64,000 nt of DNA from Candidatus Magasanikiibacteriota bacterium (GTDB lineage Bacteria; Patescibacteriota; Patescibacteriia; Magasanikbacterales; GWA2-37-8). Under the pieces are notes generated by a model. The model did not search any database. It was not told the DNA's origin and was given only the letters and a program-made list of their open reading frames with translations. The stretch lies in NCBI GenBank assembly GCA_016189025.1, contig JACPGS010000019.1, positions 16,272 to 80,271 of the forward strand, written 5' to 3'. Below are positions 1 through 9,299 of this stretch, piece by piece. Numbering within the stretch: position 1 is the first letter of the stretch; every line of letters starts with the position of its first letter. Position numbers and translations under genes: made by a program.

Positions 1-1091
1 ATGACGCCGCGGTCCATCTGCAGAAACTTACCAGCAAATTCCGCGGGGCGGAGCGCATCGCCACGGTGATGGGGCGCTTCTATGCCATGGATCGCAATAA
101 AAACTGGGACCGGATCCGGCTGGCTTACGAGGCCATGGTATTGGGGCGCGGCCGGCAGGCGCCAGGCGCGGAGGCCGCCGTTGCCGAAGCCTATAATTGC
201 GGCGAGTCCGACGAGTTTATTTCCCCCACGGTAATCCGCGTCGGCAATAATCCGGTGGCGACCATCCGCGATAACGATGCCATTTTTTTCTTTAACTTGC
301 GCAGCGACCGCGCCCGCGAGCTGACCAAGGTGTTTGTCCAGCCGGATTTTGAAGCCATTACTCCGGGCGGCTTCCGGCGGGAGCAGTTCCCCCGCCACAC
401 GCGTTTTGTGGCAATGACTGATTTTGGTCCGGATTTGCCCGGGGTATTTACCGCTTTCCCCAGCCGCGATATTGCGCACGGTTTAGTGGCGGCGCTAGCC
501 ACCCGGCCCCAGCTTTATGTGGCCGAATCGGAAAAATTCGCCCACATCACTTACTTTTTTAACGGCGGCTATGCCCGGCATTTAGGCGGCGAACAATGGA
601 TGAAAATCGCTTCCGACGGGACCAAACATTGGCAAACCGCGCCGGCCATGAAAGCGCATCCGGTGGCCGAAGCAGTGCTAAAGGCAATCCGCGAAGGAAA
701 AACCGATTTTATTGCAGTTAATTTTGCCAATGCCGATATGCTGGGGCACACCGGGAATTTAGCCGCAGCCCGCCAGGCGATTAGCATTTTGGATCGCGAA
801 CTAAATCGTTTAGTGAAGGCGGTGCTTAAAGTTGACGGCCGGGCGATGATTACCGCCGACCACGGCAATGCCGAAGAGTTAATCAATGGTGAAACCAAAG
901 AAGTAGATACGGAACACTCCGCCAATCCGGTCCCCTGTTTATTGGTGGCCTCGGCCGCCCGGCTGCGCCGCTGGCAACTAAAAGGCGGGCAAAAACTGCG
1001 GCCGGGGAAACTCGCCGACGTGGCGCCGACTATTTTGAAAATGATGTCGGTCCCCCGGCCCCGGGCAATGGCCGGCCGCCCCTTATTTTAG
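1..1091 (+). CDS. gpmI: 2,3-bisphosphoglycerate-independent phosphoglycerate mutase, C-terminal part. The 5' end lies upstream of the window. The frame-3 reading is open from nt 3; the listed ORF 66..1091 is only the internal-Met version.
   Basis: The translation (…GRFYAMDRNKNWDRIRLAYEAM… ITADHGNAEE… ADVAPTILK) is collinear with the C-terminal half of the full-length iPGM paralog at 1192..2772 and shares its motifs. The frame stays open to position 3. Confidence 0.85.
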   Translation, partial: DAAVHLQKLTSKFRGAERIATVMGRFYAMDRNKNWDRIRLAYEAMVLGRGRQAPGAEAAVAEAYNCGESDEFISPTVIRVGNNPVATIRDNDAIFFFNLRSDRARELTKVFVQPDFEAITPGGFRREQFPRHTRFVAMTDFGPDLPGVFTAFPSRDIAHGLVAALATRPQLYVAESEKFAHITYFFNGGYARHLGGEQWMKIASDGTKHWQTAPAMKAHPVAEAVLKAIREGKTDFIAVNFANADMLGHTGNLAAARQAISILDRELNRLVKAVLKVDGRAMITADHGNAEELINGETKEVDTEHSANPVPCLLVASAARLRRWQLKGGQKLRPGKLADVAPTILKMMSVPRPRAMAGRPLF

Positions 1092-1097
1092 CAGAGT

Positions 1098-1181
1098 AAG
1101 CAGATTCAGTTTATCAGCAGATTCAGTAGCCAGCAATCGATCAGTCGCTGAATCTGCTGATTGCTGATTAGCTGAATCTGC
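1098..1181. repeat. Array of an 11-bp repeat, AGCAGATTCAG. There are two direct copies plus two inverted copies (CTGAATCTGCT). They form a perfect 12-bp inverted repeat (cagcagattcag…ctgaatctgctg) between the two gpmI paralogs.
   Basis: Read directly from sequence 1098-1181. The same 11-mer occurs twice inside argS at 14986-15010. The chance expectation for an 11-mer in 64 kb is about 0.03. Confidence 0.6.
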
Positions 1182-1191
1182 TTTATCTACT

Positions 1192-2772
1192 ATGGCTTAT
1201 CGTCCAGTAGTCCTTATTATCTTTGACGGCTGGGGCGTGGCGCCGCCGAATCCGGGGAACGCCATCACCCAGGCGGTACTCCCTCATTTTACCGAATATC
1301 TTAAACATTATCCCGCCCTCACCCTGCACGCTTCCGGCACCGAGGTCGGGCTGTTGTTCGGCGAAATCGGCAACTCCGAAGTGGGACACTTGAATATCGG
1401 CACCGGCCGGGTGTATTACCAATCCGGCCCGCGGATTAATCAGGCCATCAGCGACGGGAGTTTTTATGAAAACCGCGCGCTGCAGGGGGCCATCACCCAC
1501 GTCAAAAAAAATAATTCGCGCCTGCATCTCTTAGGTTTGCTGTCGTCCGGCAATGTGCACGCCAGCCGAGAGCATCTCGCTGCCCTGCTGGAGCTTGCCC
1601 AGCGCGCCAAATTATCGCGCGAGAGCTTGGCCGTGCACGTTATTTTAGACGGCCGGGACTGTCCGTATAACAGCGGCGAGCGGCTGGTCCGCGAACTGGA
1701 AGAAACCATGAAGAAGCTGGGGGTCGGGAGAATTGCCAGCCTGACCGGCCGCTGGTTTGCGCTGGATCGCGATAACCGGTGGGAGCGGATTGAGGCGGCT
1801 TACCGCGCCATCGTGGAGGGTAAAGGAGAGAGAGCAGCCGACAGTGCCGCCGCGGCCATCGCCAGCGCTTACGGAGAAAAAATTTATGACGAAGAATTCC
1901 CCCCCACCGTAATTACCAAAGGGGGCGAGCCGCTGGCGCCGATTCGCCCCGGCGACGCCGTGATTTTTTTTAATTTTCGCCCCGACCGCGCCCGCGAGCT
2001 GACCAAGGCCATAGTGCTGCCCGGCTTTGATAAATTTTCCCGGCGATACCTTAGCAATCTCTATTTTGTTACCCTGCTGGAGTATGAGCGCGATTTGCCG
2101 GTGGCGGTAGCCTTTGCGCCGGTTGTTATCCGCCAGTGTTTAGCCGAAGTAGTAAGCGCCGCGGGCCTTAAGCAATTTCACATTGGCGAAACCGAGAAAT
2201 ACGCCCACGTTACCTATTTTTTGAACGGTATGATTGAGGACCCCTTCCCGGGCGAAGAGCGGGCGCTGGTGCCATCGCCGCGGGTCGCCAATTATGCCGC
2301 CACGCCGGAGATGTCGGCCGCCGGCATTGCCCGCGAGGTGATTAAGCGCCTGGGCAAAAACCAGCACGATCTGATTATAGTGAATTTTGCCAATGCCGAT
2401 ATGGTGGGGCACACCGGCGATCTCGCCGCCACCGTCAAATCCGTGGCGGCGGCCGACCGCGCTTTGGGCGACCTGGTGGACCATACTCTGGCGCAGGGCG
2501 GGGTGGCGGTGATTACCGCCGATCACGGCAATGCCGAGGAAGTAATCAATCTGCAGACCGGCGAAATTGACAAAGAACACTCCACCAATCCGGTCCCCTT
2601 TATTGTCGTCGGTAAGGATTTCCAGGGGATTGCTGGCCCGGCCGGCGACCCGCCAGAAGGGGATTTAAGCCTCTTGCCGCCAGCCGGGGTACTGGCGGAC
2701 GTGGCGCCCACCGTGCTAAAACTGTTGGGTTTGCCGCAGCCGGAAGAAATGACCGGGCGGGCGTTGATTTAG
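1192..2772 (+). CDS. gpmI: 2,3-bisphosphoglycerate-independent phosphoglycerate mutase, full length (526 aa).
   Basis: The N-terminal metalloenzyme motif is IFDGWG. Other motifs are SEVGHLNIGTGR, NFANADMVGHTGD and ITADHGNAEE. The length fits iPGM. Confidence 0.9.
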   Translation: MAYRPVVLIIFDGWGVAPPNPGNAITQAVLPHFTEYLKHYPALTLHASGTEVGLLFGEIGNSEVGHLNIGTGRVYYQSGPRINQAISDGSFYENRALQGAITHVKKNNSRLHLLGLLSSGNVHASREHLAALLELAQRAKLSRESLAVHVILDGRDCPYNSGERLVRELEETMKKLGVGRIASLTGRWFALDRDNRWERIEAAYRAIVEGKGERAADSAAAAIASAYGEKIYDEEFPPTVITKGGEPLAPIRPGDAVIFFNFRPDRARELTKAIVLPGFDKFSRRYLSNLYFVTLLEYERDLPVAVAFAPVVIRQCLAEVVSAAGLKQFHIGETEKYAHVTYFLNGMIEDPFPGEERALVPSPRVANYAATPEMSAAGIAREVIKRLGKNQHDLIIVNFANADMVGHTGDLAATVKSVAAADRALGDLVDHTLAQGGVAVITADHGNAEEVINLQTGEIDKEHSTNPVPFIVVGKDFQGIAGPAGDPPEGDLSLLPPAGVLADVAPTVLKLLGLPQPEEMTGRALI

Positions 2773-3923
2773 CTGTTCGTCGCGAGCGCTTCTTTAATTA
2801 TTTTTAAAACAGTTTCTTCTGCTTGGGATAACGTTTTCCCCGGGAGCGTCACCGACGCTTGTTTTTTTGTGCCCGTCGGCTGCAGGGGGGAGAGTAAAAC
2901 CGCGGCGTTATCGTGGTCGTTATTTACGGTAAAAATTCCCTGTACTGCTTCTGCCTTAGCTCCGGGCACTTCGTATAGCAACAGGGTGCGTTTGGCTTCC
3001 GGGGCGCCGGCAATCAGCTCCTCCACCATTCCTCCCAAATCTTCGGGAGTGGCGCCGGCGCGGGTAAAGTCATCGCGGGTGAGAGTAGTAACTATCAGCC
3101 CTAGGTTGGGGTGGCTGGTGAGGTGAGCGAGGGCTTGTCCCCATAGCTTCAGCGCCGCTACCGAACGGGTGCGATAGAGTTCGCGGATTACCCGTTCCCG
3201 ATCGGCGCCGTGTTCCACCAATTCTCCGGCCAGCTGCAGCGCCGCGGGTTTTAAGCGGGGATGGCGGAAGCCGTCGGTAGCAATAGTAAGGCCGGTAAGC
3301 AGTGCCGTGGCAATATCCGAGGTAATCGCCGTCGCCTCAATATTTAACAGCAGACGGTAGACCACTTCGGATAATGACGCGGCCGCCGGATTCACCAGCG
3401 CTATCGCGCCAAAACGTTCGTTGGCGGCGGCATTATCCAGATTAATCAGCGGTAGGCGGTGGAACAAGTCGGTATTGTTCAGATAGATGTCGCCGAGCGC
3501 CGCCAGGTCCGGCGCCCCCACGGTAACAATCAAATCGTATTTAAAAGCGCTTTGCGCCGTGCGCAGCTCGCGGCGGGTGATATTGCCCTGTTTGGGAGTG
3601 AGATAGATGGACAGCCAGCCGTCCTTAACGTCGTAGCTTAAAGTTTCCACCGGCGCCTGGGAAACGTCCACTTTGATAATGAATTTTTGTAAGTGCGTCA
3701 GCTCCGGCTTAATGGCGTTGGCGCCCGGCAGCCAGGCGAGCGTCCGCGGCAGCTGCCAGCCGCTGGCGGCAATTTCCGGCCGCTGGCCGGCGGACTTCAG
3801 GTAGCCGTAAAGCGCCAGGGCGCTGCCCGCCGCATCCCCGCCGGCGCGCGCCTCAAACAGCACCAGGGGGTAGCGGCTTTCCTGCACCAGTTGTTTAATT
3901 TGTTCAATGTCATTTAATGCCAT
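2769..3923 (-). CDS. DHH-family phosphoesterase (NrnA-like; DHH plus DHHA1). The longest ORF extends to 4007, but the Met at 3923 (MALNDIEQIKQL…) is the more plausible start.
   Basis: The N-terminal segment LVLFEARAGGDAAGSALAL resembles the HxxPDGDAxGS motif of NrnA in degenerate form. A C-terminal 'NNDHD… GAG…' region is DHHA1-like. The size is about 385 aa. Confidence 0.55.
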   Translation of the reverse strand: MALNDIEQIKQLVQESRYPLVLFEARAGGDAAGSALALYGYLKSAGQRPEIAASGWQLPRTLAWLPGANAIKPELTHLQKFIIKVDVSQAPVETLSYDVKDGWLSIYLTPKQGNITRRELRTAQSAFKYDLIVTVGAPDLAALGDIYLNNTDLFHRLPLINLDNAAANERFGAIALVNPAAASLSEVVYRLLLNIEATAITSDIATALLTGLTIATDGFRHPRLKPAALQLAGELVEHGADRERVIRELYRTRSVAALKLWGQALAHLTSHPNLGLIVTTLTRDDFTRAGATPEDLGGMVEELIAGAPEAKRTLLLYEVPGAKAEAVQGIFTVNNDHDNAAVLLSPLQPTGTKKQASVTLPGKTLSQAEETVLKIIKEALATNS

Positions 3924-4119
3924 AATAGCTAGGGCCCGGGCGATGCTGGGCAGTAATCGGGGAAGCAAAAAGCCAATTAGTGTACCAAGGCCAGTACCTA
4001 TTGTCAAGGATTTTTTAGGCCAGTAGTGTGGATAAACAATATGCTCGCTACAGCCAAAATCTTGCTAATTTCGCGACTTTCCGGTAGACTATGGGGTATC
4101 ATCAGGATGTTGTTGTTTT

Positions 4120-6411
4120 ATGATGGAAAAAGCCTACGACCCTAAAAAATACGAGGCGGACATTTACCGGCGCTGGGAGGCGAGCGGGTTTTTCGCGCCC
4201 GAGGCGCGTCCGCCTTGGGCGGATAATCCAGGGCCAGACACTCGTGAGCCGTACACTATTATCATGCCGCCGCCGAACGCCAATGCCCCTTCGCATGTGG
4301 GACATGCGCTGGGTTATACTATTCAGGATATTTTAATCCGCTGGCAGCGGATGCGCGGCCGGCGCACCCTGTGGCTGCCGGGCACCGACCACGCCGGGTT
4401 TGAAACCCAGGTGGTATTTGAAAAAAAGCTGGAGAAAGAAGGGCTTAGCCGTTTTAAAATGACGCGGGAAGAATTTTACCAGGCTTGCTGGGATTACGTG
4501 CAGACCAACAAACATATTTCCGAAGAGGCGATCAGGCGCCTCGGCGCTTCCTGCGACTGGAGCCGCAATATCTTTACCCTGGATCCGGAAATTATTAAGG
4601 TAGTGTACCAGACCTTCAAGCAGATGTATGATGACGGGCTGATTTATCGCGGCAACCGCATCAGCCACTGGTGCCCCAAACATCAGACCACTCTGTCCGA
4701 TTTGGAAACTAAATACGAAGAGCGCGCCGAGCCTTTTTATTATTTTAAATACGGCCCGTTTGTCATCGGCACCAGCCGCCCGGAAACCAAGTTTGGCGAT
4801 AAATACGTGGTAATGCACCCGGACGATCCGCGCTATGCTAAGTATCACGAGGGACAGCAGATAAATTTGGAATGGATCAACGGGCCGATTACGGCAACCA
4901 TCATTAAGGACCAGGCGGTGGACCGGGAATTTGGCACCGGGGTGATGACCATTACCCCGGCCCACGATGCGGTGGACTTTGCGATTGCGGAACGCCGCGG
5001 GCTTGATATTGAGCCGGTGATTGATAAGCGCGGCAAGCTGTTGCCGATCGCCGGCGAGTTCGCCGGCCGGAAGATTTTAGAGGCCCGATCGAAGATTGTG
5101 GAGAAGCTGCAGGCTAAAGGACTGGTGGATCATATTGACAAAAAATACCAACATAATGTTCAAATGTGTTATAAATGCAGCACCCTAATTGAGCCGCAGA
5201 TTGTGCCGCAGTGGTATGTAGCCATGACTAAACCATTGCCGGGCGGCCGGCCTAGCCTGCGCGATCTGGCTTTACAGGCGCTAGATAAAAAAGAAGTAGA
5301 GATTGTTACCGAACGGTTTGCCAAAATTTTCCGCCACTGGATGGAGAATATCCGCGACTGGCCGATCAGCCGGCAGATTTGGTGGGGGATTCCGATTCCC
5401 GTGAAATATTGCGGTGATTGCGGAGAGATAATTATTGATGTCATCGGTTCAGTGAAAAAGTGTCCGCAGTGTTCGCGCGAACAGCTGACCCCCGATCCCG
5501 ATACCTTTGACACCTGGTTTTCCTCGGGCCAGTGGCCGTATGCCACCTTGCTTGCTAACGATGCCAAGCAGGGCACGCAGACGTTGGCGCAGTATTACCC
5601 CACGCAGGTGATGGAGACCGCCTGGGATATTCTGTTTTTTTGGGTGGCGCGGATGATAATGTTCTCTTATTACCGCACCGGCAAGCCGCCGTTCCAAAAA
5701 GTATTTTTGCATGGTTTAGTGCGCGACAAAGACCGCCAAAAAATGAGCAAAAGCAAGGGCAATGTGATTGACCCTTTGGGAGTGATTGATTTATACGGCG
5801 CCGATGCCCTGCGTTTTGCCCTGATTTTTTCCACCGCCGCGGGCAACGACATTCCGCTCGCCGAAGATAAAATTAAAGGCATGAAGCATTTTGCCAATAA
5901 AGTGTGGAACATTGCGCGGTATATTACTGGCATTGGCGATGGTCATGTCATTCCCGCCCCCGTGTCATTCCCGCGTAAGCGGGAATCCACGGGGGTAAAC
6001 TCCAGCGGGAATCCAGTGCCGGCGAGCGACTGGATCCCCGCGTTCGGCGGGGATGACAAATGGACAGACGCCGACAAACTAATTCTCTCCCAACTCAACC
6101 AAACCATTACAGACGTCACAGACAACCTAGAAAATTTCCGCCTGCACGAAGCGGCGCAGACGCTTTACGATTTTATCTGGCATGAGTTTGCCGATAAATA
6201 TCTGGAAGCCAGCAAAGAACAGCTGAAAAACGAAGCGCTCAAAAACTCCACCCTTAATAATTTATACTTTGTCCTTGCTACCTCGCTCAAACTCCTCCAC
6301 CCGTTTATGCCTTTTGTTACCGAAGCGATTTGGGGTGAGATGTATGGGAAAGAAAGGTTACTTATAGTTGAGAAATGGTCTTCTTCAACGGACGAGTCCG
6401 AAGTGGTATAA
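4120..6411 (+). CDS. valS: Valyl-tRNA synthetase. It is a short form (763 aa) without the C-terminal coiled-coil.
   Basis: 'PPPNANAPSHVGHALGYTIQDILIRWQRMRGRRTLWLPGTDHAGFETQ' matches the ValRS HIGH region. 'KMSKSKGNVIDP' is the exact ValRS KMSKS motif. The anticodon-binding region 'KVWNIARYI…LILSQLNQTI' is present. Confidence 0.85.
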   Translation: MMEKAYDPKKYEADIYRRWEASGFFAPEARPPWADNPGPDTREPYTIIMPPPNANAPSHVGHALGYTIQDILIRWQRMRGRRTLWLPGTDHAGFETQVVFEKKLEKEGLSRFKMTREEFYQACWDYVQTNKHISEEAIRRLGASCDWSRNIFTLDPEIIKVVYQTFKQMYDDGLIYRGNRISHWCPKHQTTLSDLETKYEERAEPFYYFKYGPFVIGTSRPETKFGDKYVVMHPDDPRYAKYHEGQQINLEWINGPITATIIKDQAVDREFGTGVMTITPAHDAVDFAIAERRGLDIEPVIDKRGKLLPIAGEFAGRKILEARSKIVEKLQAKGLVDHIDKKYQHNVQMCYKCSTLIEPQIVPQWYVAMTKPLPGGRPSLRDLALQALDKKEVEIVTERFAKIFRHWMENIRDWPISRQIWWGIPIPVKYCGDCGEIIIDVIGSVKKCPQCSREQLTPDPDTFDTWFSSGQWPYATLLANDAKQGTQTLAQYYPTQVMETAWDILFFWVARMIMFSYYRTGKPPFQKVFLHGLVRDKDRQKMSKSKGNVIDPLGVIDLYGADALRFALIFSTAAGNDIPLAEDKIKGMKHFANKVWNIARYITGIGDGHVIPAPVSFPRKRESTGVNSSGNPVPASDWIPAFGGDDKWTDADKLILSQLNQTITDVTDNLENFRLHEAAQTLYDFIWHEFADKYLEASKEQLKNEALKNSTLNNLYFVLATSLKLLHPFMPFVTEAIWGEMYGKERLLIVEKWSSSTDESEVV
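5947..6061. repeat. MITE/RPE-like palindromic element inserted in-frame within valS. The terminal inverted repeats are GTCATTCCCGC…GCGGGGATGAC. There are two internal hairpins: attcccgcg-taa-cgcgggaat and atccccgc-gttcg-gcggggat.
   Basis: A second copy with the same core (gtcattcccgc…gcgggaatccagt…gagcgactggatcccc…ggggatgacaaat) sits intergenically at 29725..29796. The valS copy carries a 43-bp internal duplication. It encodes an extra ~30 aa (…PAPVSFPRKRESTGVNSSGNPVPASDWIPAFGGDDKW…) in the loop between KMSKS and the anticodon-binding helix. Confidence 0.65.
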
Positions 6412-6421
6412 TTAATGCATT

Positions 6422-7621
6422 ATGAAAGTTTCCCCTGACGCTAAAAAAATTGAGGAATTGCTTACCCGCGGAGTTGAGCATGTGTATCCAGCTAAAGAAT
6501 TTTTAGAGAAAGAACTGAAATCCGGCCGCCAGTTGACACTGTATACCGGTTATGACCCCACTGCGCCGACGTTGCATATCGGCCATGGAATCACCTTGCT
6601 TAAGCTAAAACAGTTTCAGGAATTGGGGCATAAGGTGATTATGCTTATTGGTGATTTCACCGCGATGATTGGCGATCCGACGGACAAAACGGCGGCGCGC
6701 CAGCAACTGAACCGTGAACAAGCTTTGAAAAATTCTCGATTATACCGCAAACAAGCGGGAGCAATTTTAGATTTTAGTGGTCAAGTGGGCGGTGAAATTG
6801 TAAAGTACAATAGCGAATGGCTTGATAAGCTGTCATTGCGCGAATTTGTACAAAATATTGCGCCGCATTTCACTACCCAGCAGTTGATGGCACGAGATAT
6901 GTTTGAATTGCGCTTAAAGGAGGATAAGCCAATTTTTATTCACGAATTCATATATCCGTTGTTGCAGGCGTTCGACAGCGTGGCGATGGATGTTGATGGA
7001 GAGGTCGGCGGCAATGACCAGACGTTTAATATGCTCGTGGGACGCGATCTGATGAAAGATTTAAAACAACAGGAGAAGTTTGTGGTAAGCATGAAACTTC
7101 TTACCGATCCCAGCGGTCAAAAAATGGGCAAGACCGAAGGTAACATGGTGGCGTTTTCCGACACGCCCGAAGATATGTTTGGCAAGGTAATGCGCTGGAC
7201 CGACGAAATGATCGCGCTGAGCTTTGAATTATGCACGCGAGTGTCAATGGCGGAGATCAGTCAGATAAAAAAAGCAATGGCGCAGGGTGCTAATCCGCGC
7301 GACTTCAAATTGCGCCTGGCTTACGAGATTACCAAAACATTTTTAGGCGAGTCCGCGGCTAAAAGCGGCCAGGCATATTTTGCTAGCGTGATTCAAAAAG
7401 ATGAACTGCCGGCTGACATTCCCGCCGTCAAGCCGTCGGCCTATGATATTGTTACGGTCCTGGCCGAAAGCAAACTCGTTGCCAGTAAATCCGACGCCCG
7501 CCGAGCCGTTGAACAAGGCGGGGTAAAGTTAAACGATAAAAAAGTAGTTAACGAAAAACAAGCCGTAAAATCGGGCGACGTTATTCAAAAAGGCAAGCGG
7601 TGGTTTGTGCGGGTGAAGTAG
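6422..7621 (+). CDS. tyrS: Tyrosyl-tRNA synthetase
   Basis: HIGH motif 'TLHIGHG'. KMSKS variant 'KMGKTEGN', typical of TyrRS (KFGKT). C-terminal S4 RNA-binding domain. Length 399 aa. Confidence 0.9.
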   Translation: MKVSPDAKKIEELLTRGVEHVYPAKEFLEKELKSGRQLTLYTGYDPTAPTLHIGHGITLLKLKQFQELGHKVIMLIGDFTAMIGDPTDKTAARQQLNREQALKNSRLYRKQAGAILDFSGQVGGEIVKYNSEWLDKLSLREFVQNIAPHFTTQQLMARDMFELRLKEDKPIFIHEFIYPLLQAFDSVAMDVDGEVGGNDQTFNMLVGRDLMKDLKQQEKFVVSMKLLTDPSGQKMGKTEGNMVAFSDTPEDMFGKVMRWTDEMIALSFELCTRVSMAEISQIKKAMAQGANPRDFKLRLAYEITKTFLGESAAKSGQAYFASVIQKDELPADIPAVKPSAYDIVTVLAESKLVASKSDARRAVEQGGVKLNDKKVVNEKQAVKSGDVIQKGKRWFVRVK

Positions 7622-7633
7622 AGCAGAAGGAAT

Positions 7634-8278
7634 ATGTTGGATGCCACTCGTTTAACCGAGCAGAATCGTCGGCTGTTTAATTGGTTGGCGCGCTGGTATG
7701 ATTTGGCGGTCCCCATCCAAATTTTTTTTCAGCCCGTGTACCGGCAAACGATTGAGGTTATCCGGCGTGAGGCTGGGTTGATTCTTCGTCGGGGCGGGCG
7801 GATAGTAGATGTGGCTTGCGGCACGGGAGAAGTAATCGTACGTCTGGCGCGGGAATTTCCGGCCGCGGAATTTATCGGTATTGATTTCGCTCCTGCCATG
7901 TTGCAAAAAGCGCGGGAGAAGGCCAGAGCGTTAACTCAAGCGCGATTTATTGAGGCGCCGGCTGCCGCCATCCCGCTGCCTGCCTCCAGCGCGGACGCGG
8001 TGCTATGTTCCGATGCTTTCCATCACTTGGCTGAACCCCAGGCGGTAATTGCCGAAATACATCGCGTCCTTAAACCAGGAGGGTTGTTTCTCTTGGTTGA
8101 CCCGGCTTTTAATAGCCGCCTGGCTCGTTGGTTGGGGAATTTGGTAAAAGGATTTGAGCACGCTTACCATTACTATTCTTTAACCGAACTCAAAACTTTG
8201 CTTACGGCGCCGGGTTTTACTATCACTGCCGGATTCCGCTATCGCTGGAATAATTATGTCCTCGCCAAAAAATCATAA
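7634..8278 (+). CDS. Class I SAM-dependent methyltransferase
   Basis: Motif I 'VDVACGTGEV'. Rossmann-fold methyltransferase layout (UbiE/COQ5-like). Confidence 0.7.
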   Translation: MLDATRLTEQNRRLFNWLARWYDLAVPIQIFFQPVYRQTIEVIRREAGLILRRGGRIVDVACGTGEVIVRLAREFPAAEFIGIDFAPAMLQKAREKARALTQARFIEAPAAAIPLPASSADAVLCSDAFHHLAEPQAVIAEIHRVLKPGGLFLLVDPAFNSRLARWLGNLVKGFEHAYHYYSLTELKTLLTAPGFTITAGFRYRWNNYVLAKKS

Positions 8279-8669
8279 CTTAATTCCGGCGCGCGAATTG
8301 TCGATATCGTTCAGCCGCTCCTCGGGCGCCGGCGGACAGAACGTCAATAAGGTGGCGACCAAAGCCACGGTGCGTTGGTACTTAGGCGGCTCGGCGGTGT
8401 TTTCCGAGGAAGTAAAACAGCGTCTGCGGCAGAAGCTGGCAGGGCGCCTTACCCAAAACGACGAATTAGTAATATCTTCACAGAATGAGCGCTCGCAAGC
8501 CCAAAATCGCGCGCAAGCAATCCGGCGGCTGAATGATTTAGTACGTCGCGCTCTTTTCGTCCCCAAAACCCGTCGCCCTACCCGCCCCACCCGCGCTTCC
8601 CAAGAGCGGCGTTTGGCTGCCAAAAAACGCCGCTCGCTCCTCAAACAGCGGCGGCGCCCTGGCGAATAG
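8256..8669 (+). CDS. arfB: Peptidyl-tRNA hydrolase ArfB (alternative ribosome-rescue factor, YaeJ-like)
   Basis: GGQ motif in 'SGAGGQNVNKVATK'. Basic C-terminal tail. 137 aa. It overlaps the upstream methyltransferase by 23 nt. Confidence 0.8.
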   Translation: MSSPKNHNLIPARELSISFSRSSGAGGQNVNKVATKATVRWYLGGSAVFSEEVKQRLRQKLAGRLTQNDELVISSQNERSQAQNRAQAIRRLNDLVRRALFVPKTRRPTRPTRASQERRLAAKKRRSLLKQRRRPGE

Positions 8670-8673
8670 CACT

Positions 8674-9210
8674 ATGGGTGAAAAAGAAACCTCCCAATTT
8701 TTATTAGGCCACCTGACCGATTTGCCGTTTATTGATCTGCATCGGCGCGGCGATTTAATCGGCGCGCTGTTGCAGCTGCCACCCGACGAGGCGCTGCGGC
8801 ATATCCCCAGAATCAGGAATTTGATTGCCGGCGAGGATTATCTGTTTACTTCCGGAGAGAATAATTATCGCGTGTGGCGCAGTCGGGAGGGGAATTATGA
8901 TGCAGAGAAATCAGCCGTCCCGCCCCCGGAGCGGTTTGCGCAGGAAGTTACTGCCAACGGCGTGACTATCAAGCTGCAGTGGAACCCGCCAGCGCAAATT
9001 TATGAGTTAGTTTTCCCTAATATGGATTTAGAGGAAGCGCCGGCGGATATTTTAAATAACGTTTTGCTGATTCCGAGCGCCGACCGCCAGCTAGCACGCC
9101 ATATTTTTACGCGCGCCCGCTCGTTAGCTCAACAAGCGCAAGGGTCGGGCAAAGTGTATCAGGTGTATCGGGGGGTGATGCGGTTTATTCGTCAGTTGCT
9201 GGGAGAATAA
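8674..9210 (+). CDS. Hypothetical protein
   Basis: 178-aa ORF with a start 4 nt after the arfB stop and the same composition as its neighbours. No motif recognised. Confidence 0.45.
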   Translation: MGEKETSQFLLGHLTDLPFIDLHRRGDLIGALLQLPPDEALRHIPRIRNLIAGEDYLFTSGENNYRVWRSREGNYDAEKSAVPPPERFAQEVTANGVTIKLQWNPPAQIYELVFPNMDLEEAPADILNNVLLIPSADRQLARHIFTRARSLAQQAQGSGKVYQVYRGVMRFIRQLLGE

Positions 9211-9299
9211 ATCAGATGTCTGATGTCCAAACTTAGCCCCGGCCCGGCCATTGACCGGGAGCGAAAAGTGCTCTAAACTACCGAAGAAAGGAGTTGGCC

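Noticed and set aside
5943-6125. Small ORFs 5943..6125(-) and 29673..29855(-) with similar peptides (GIQSL.GTGFPL)
   Set aside because: They are antisense translations of the two copies of the MITE/RPE-like repeat, one of them inside valS. The similarity reflects the DNA repeat, not a gene family.
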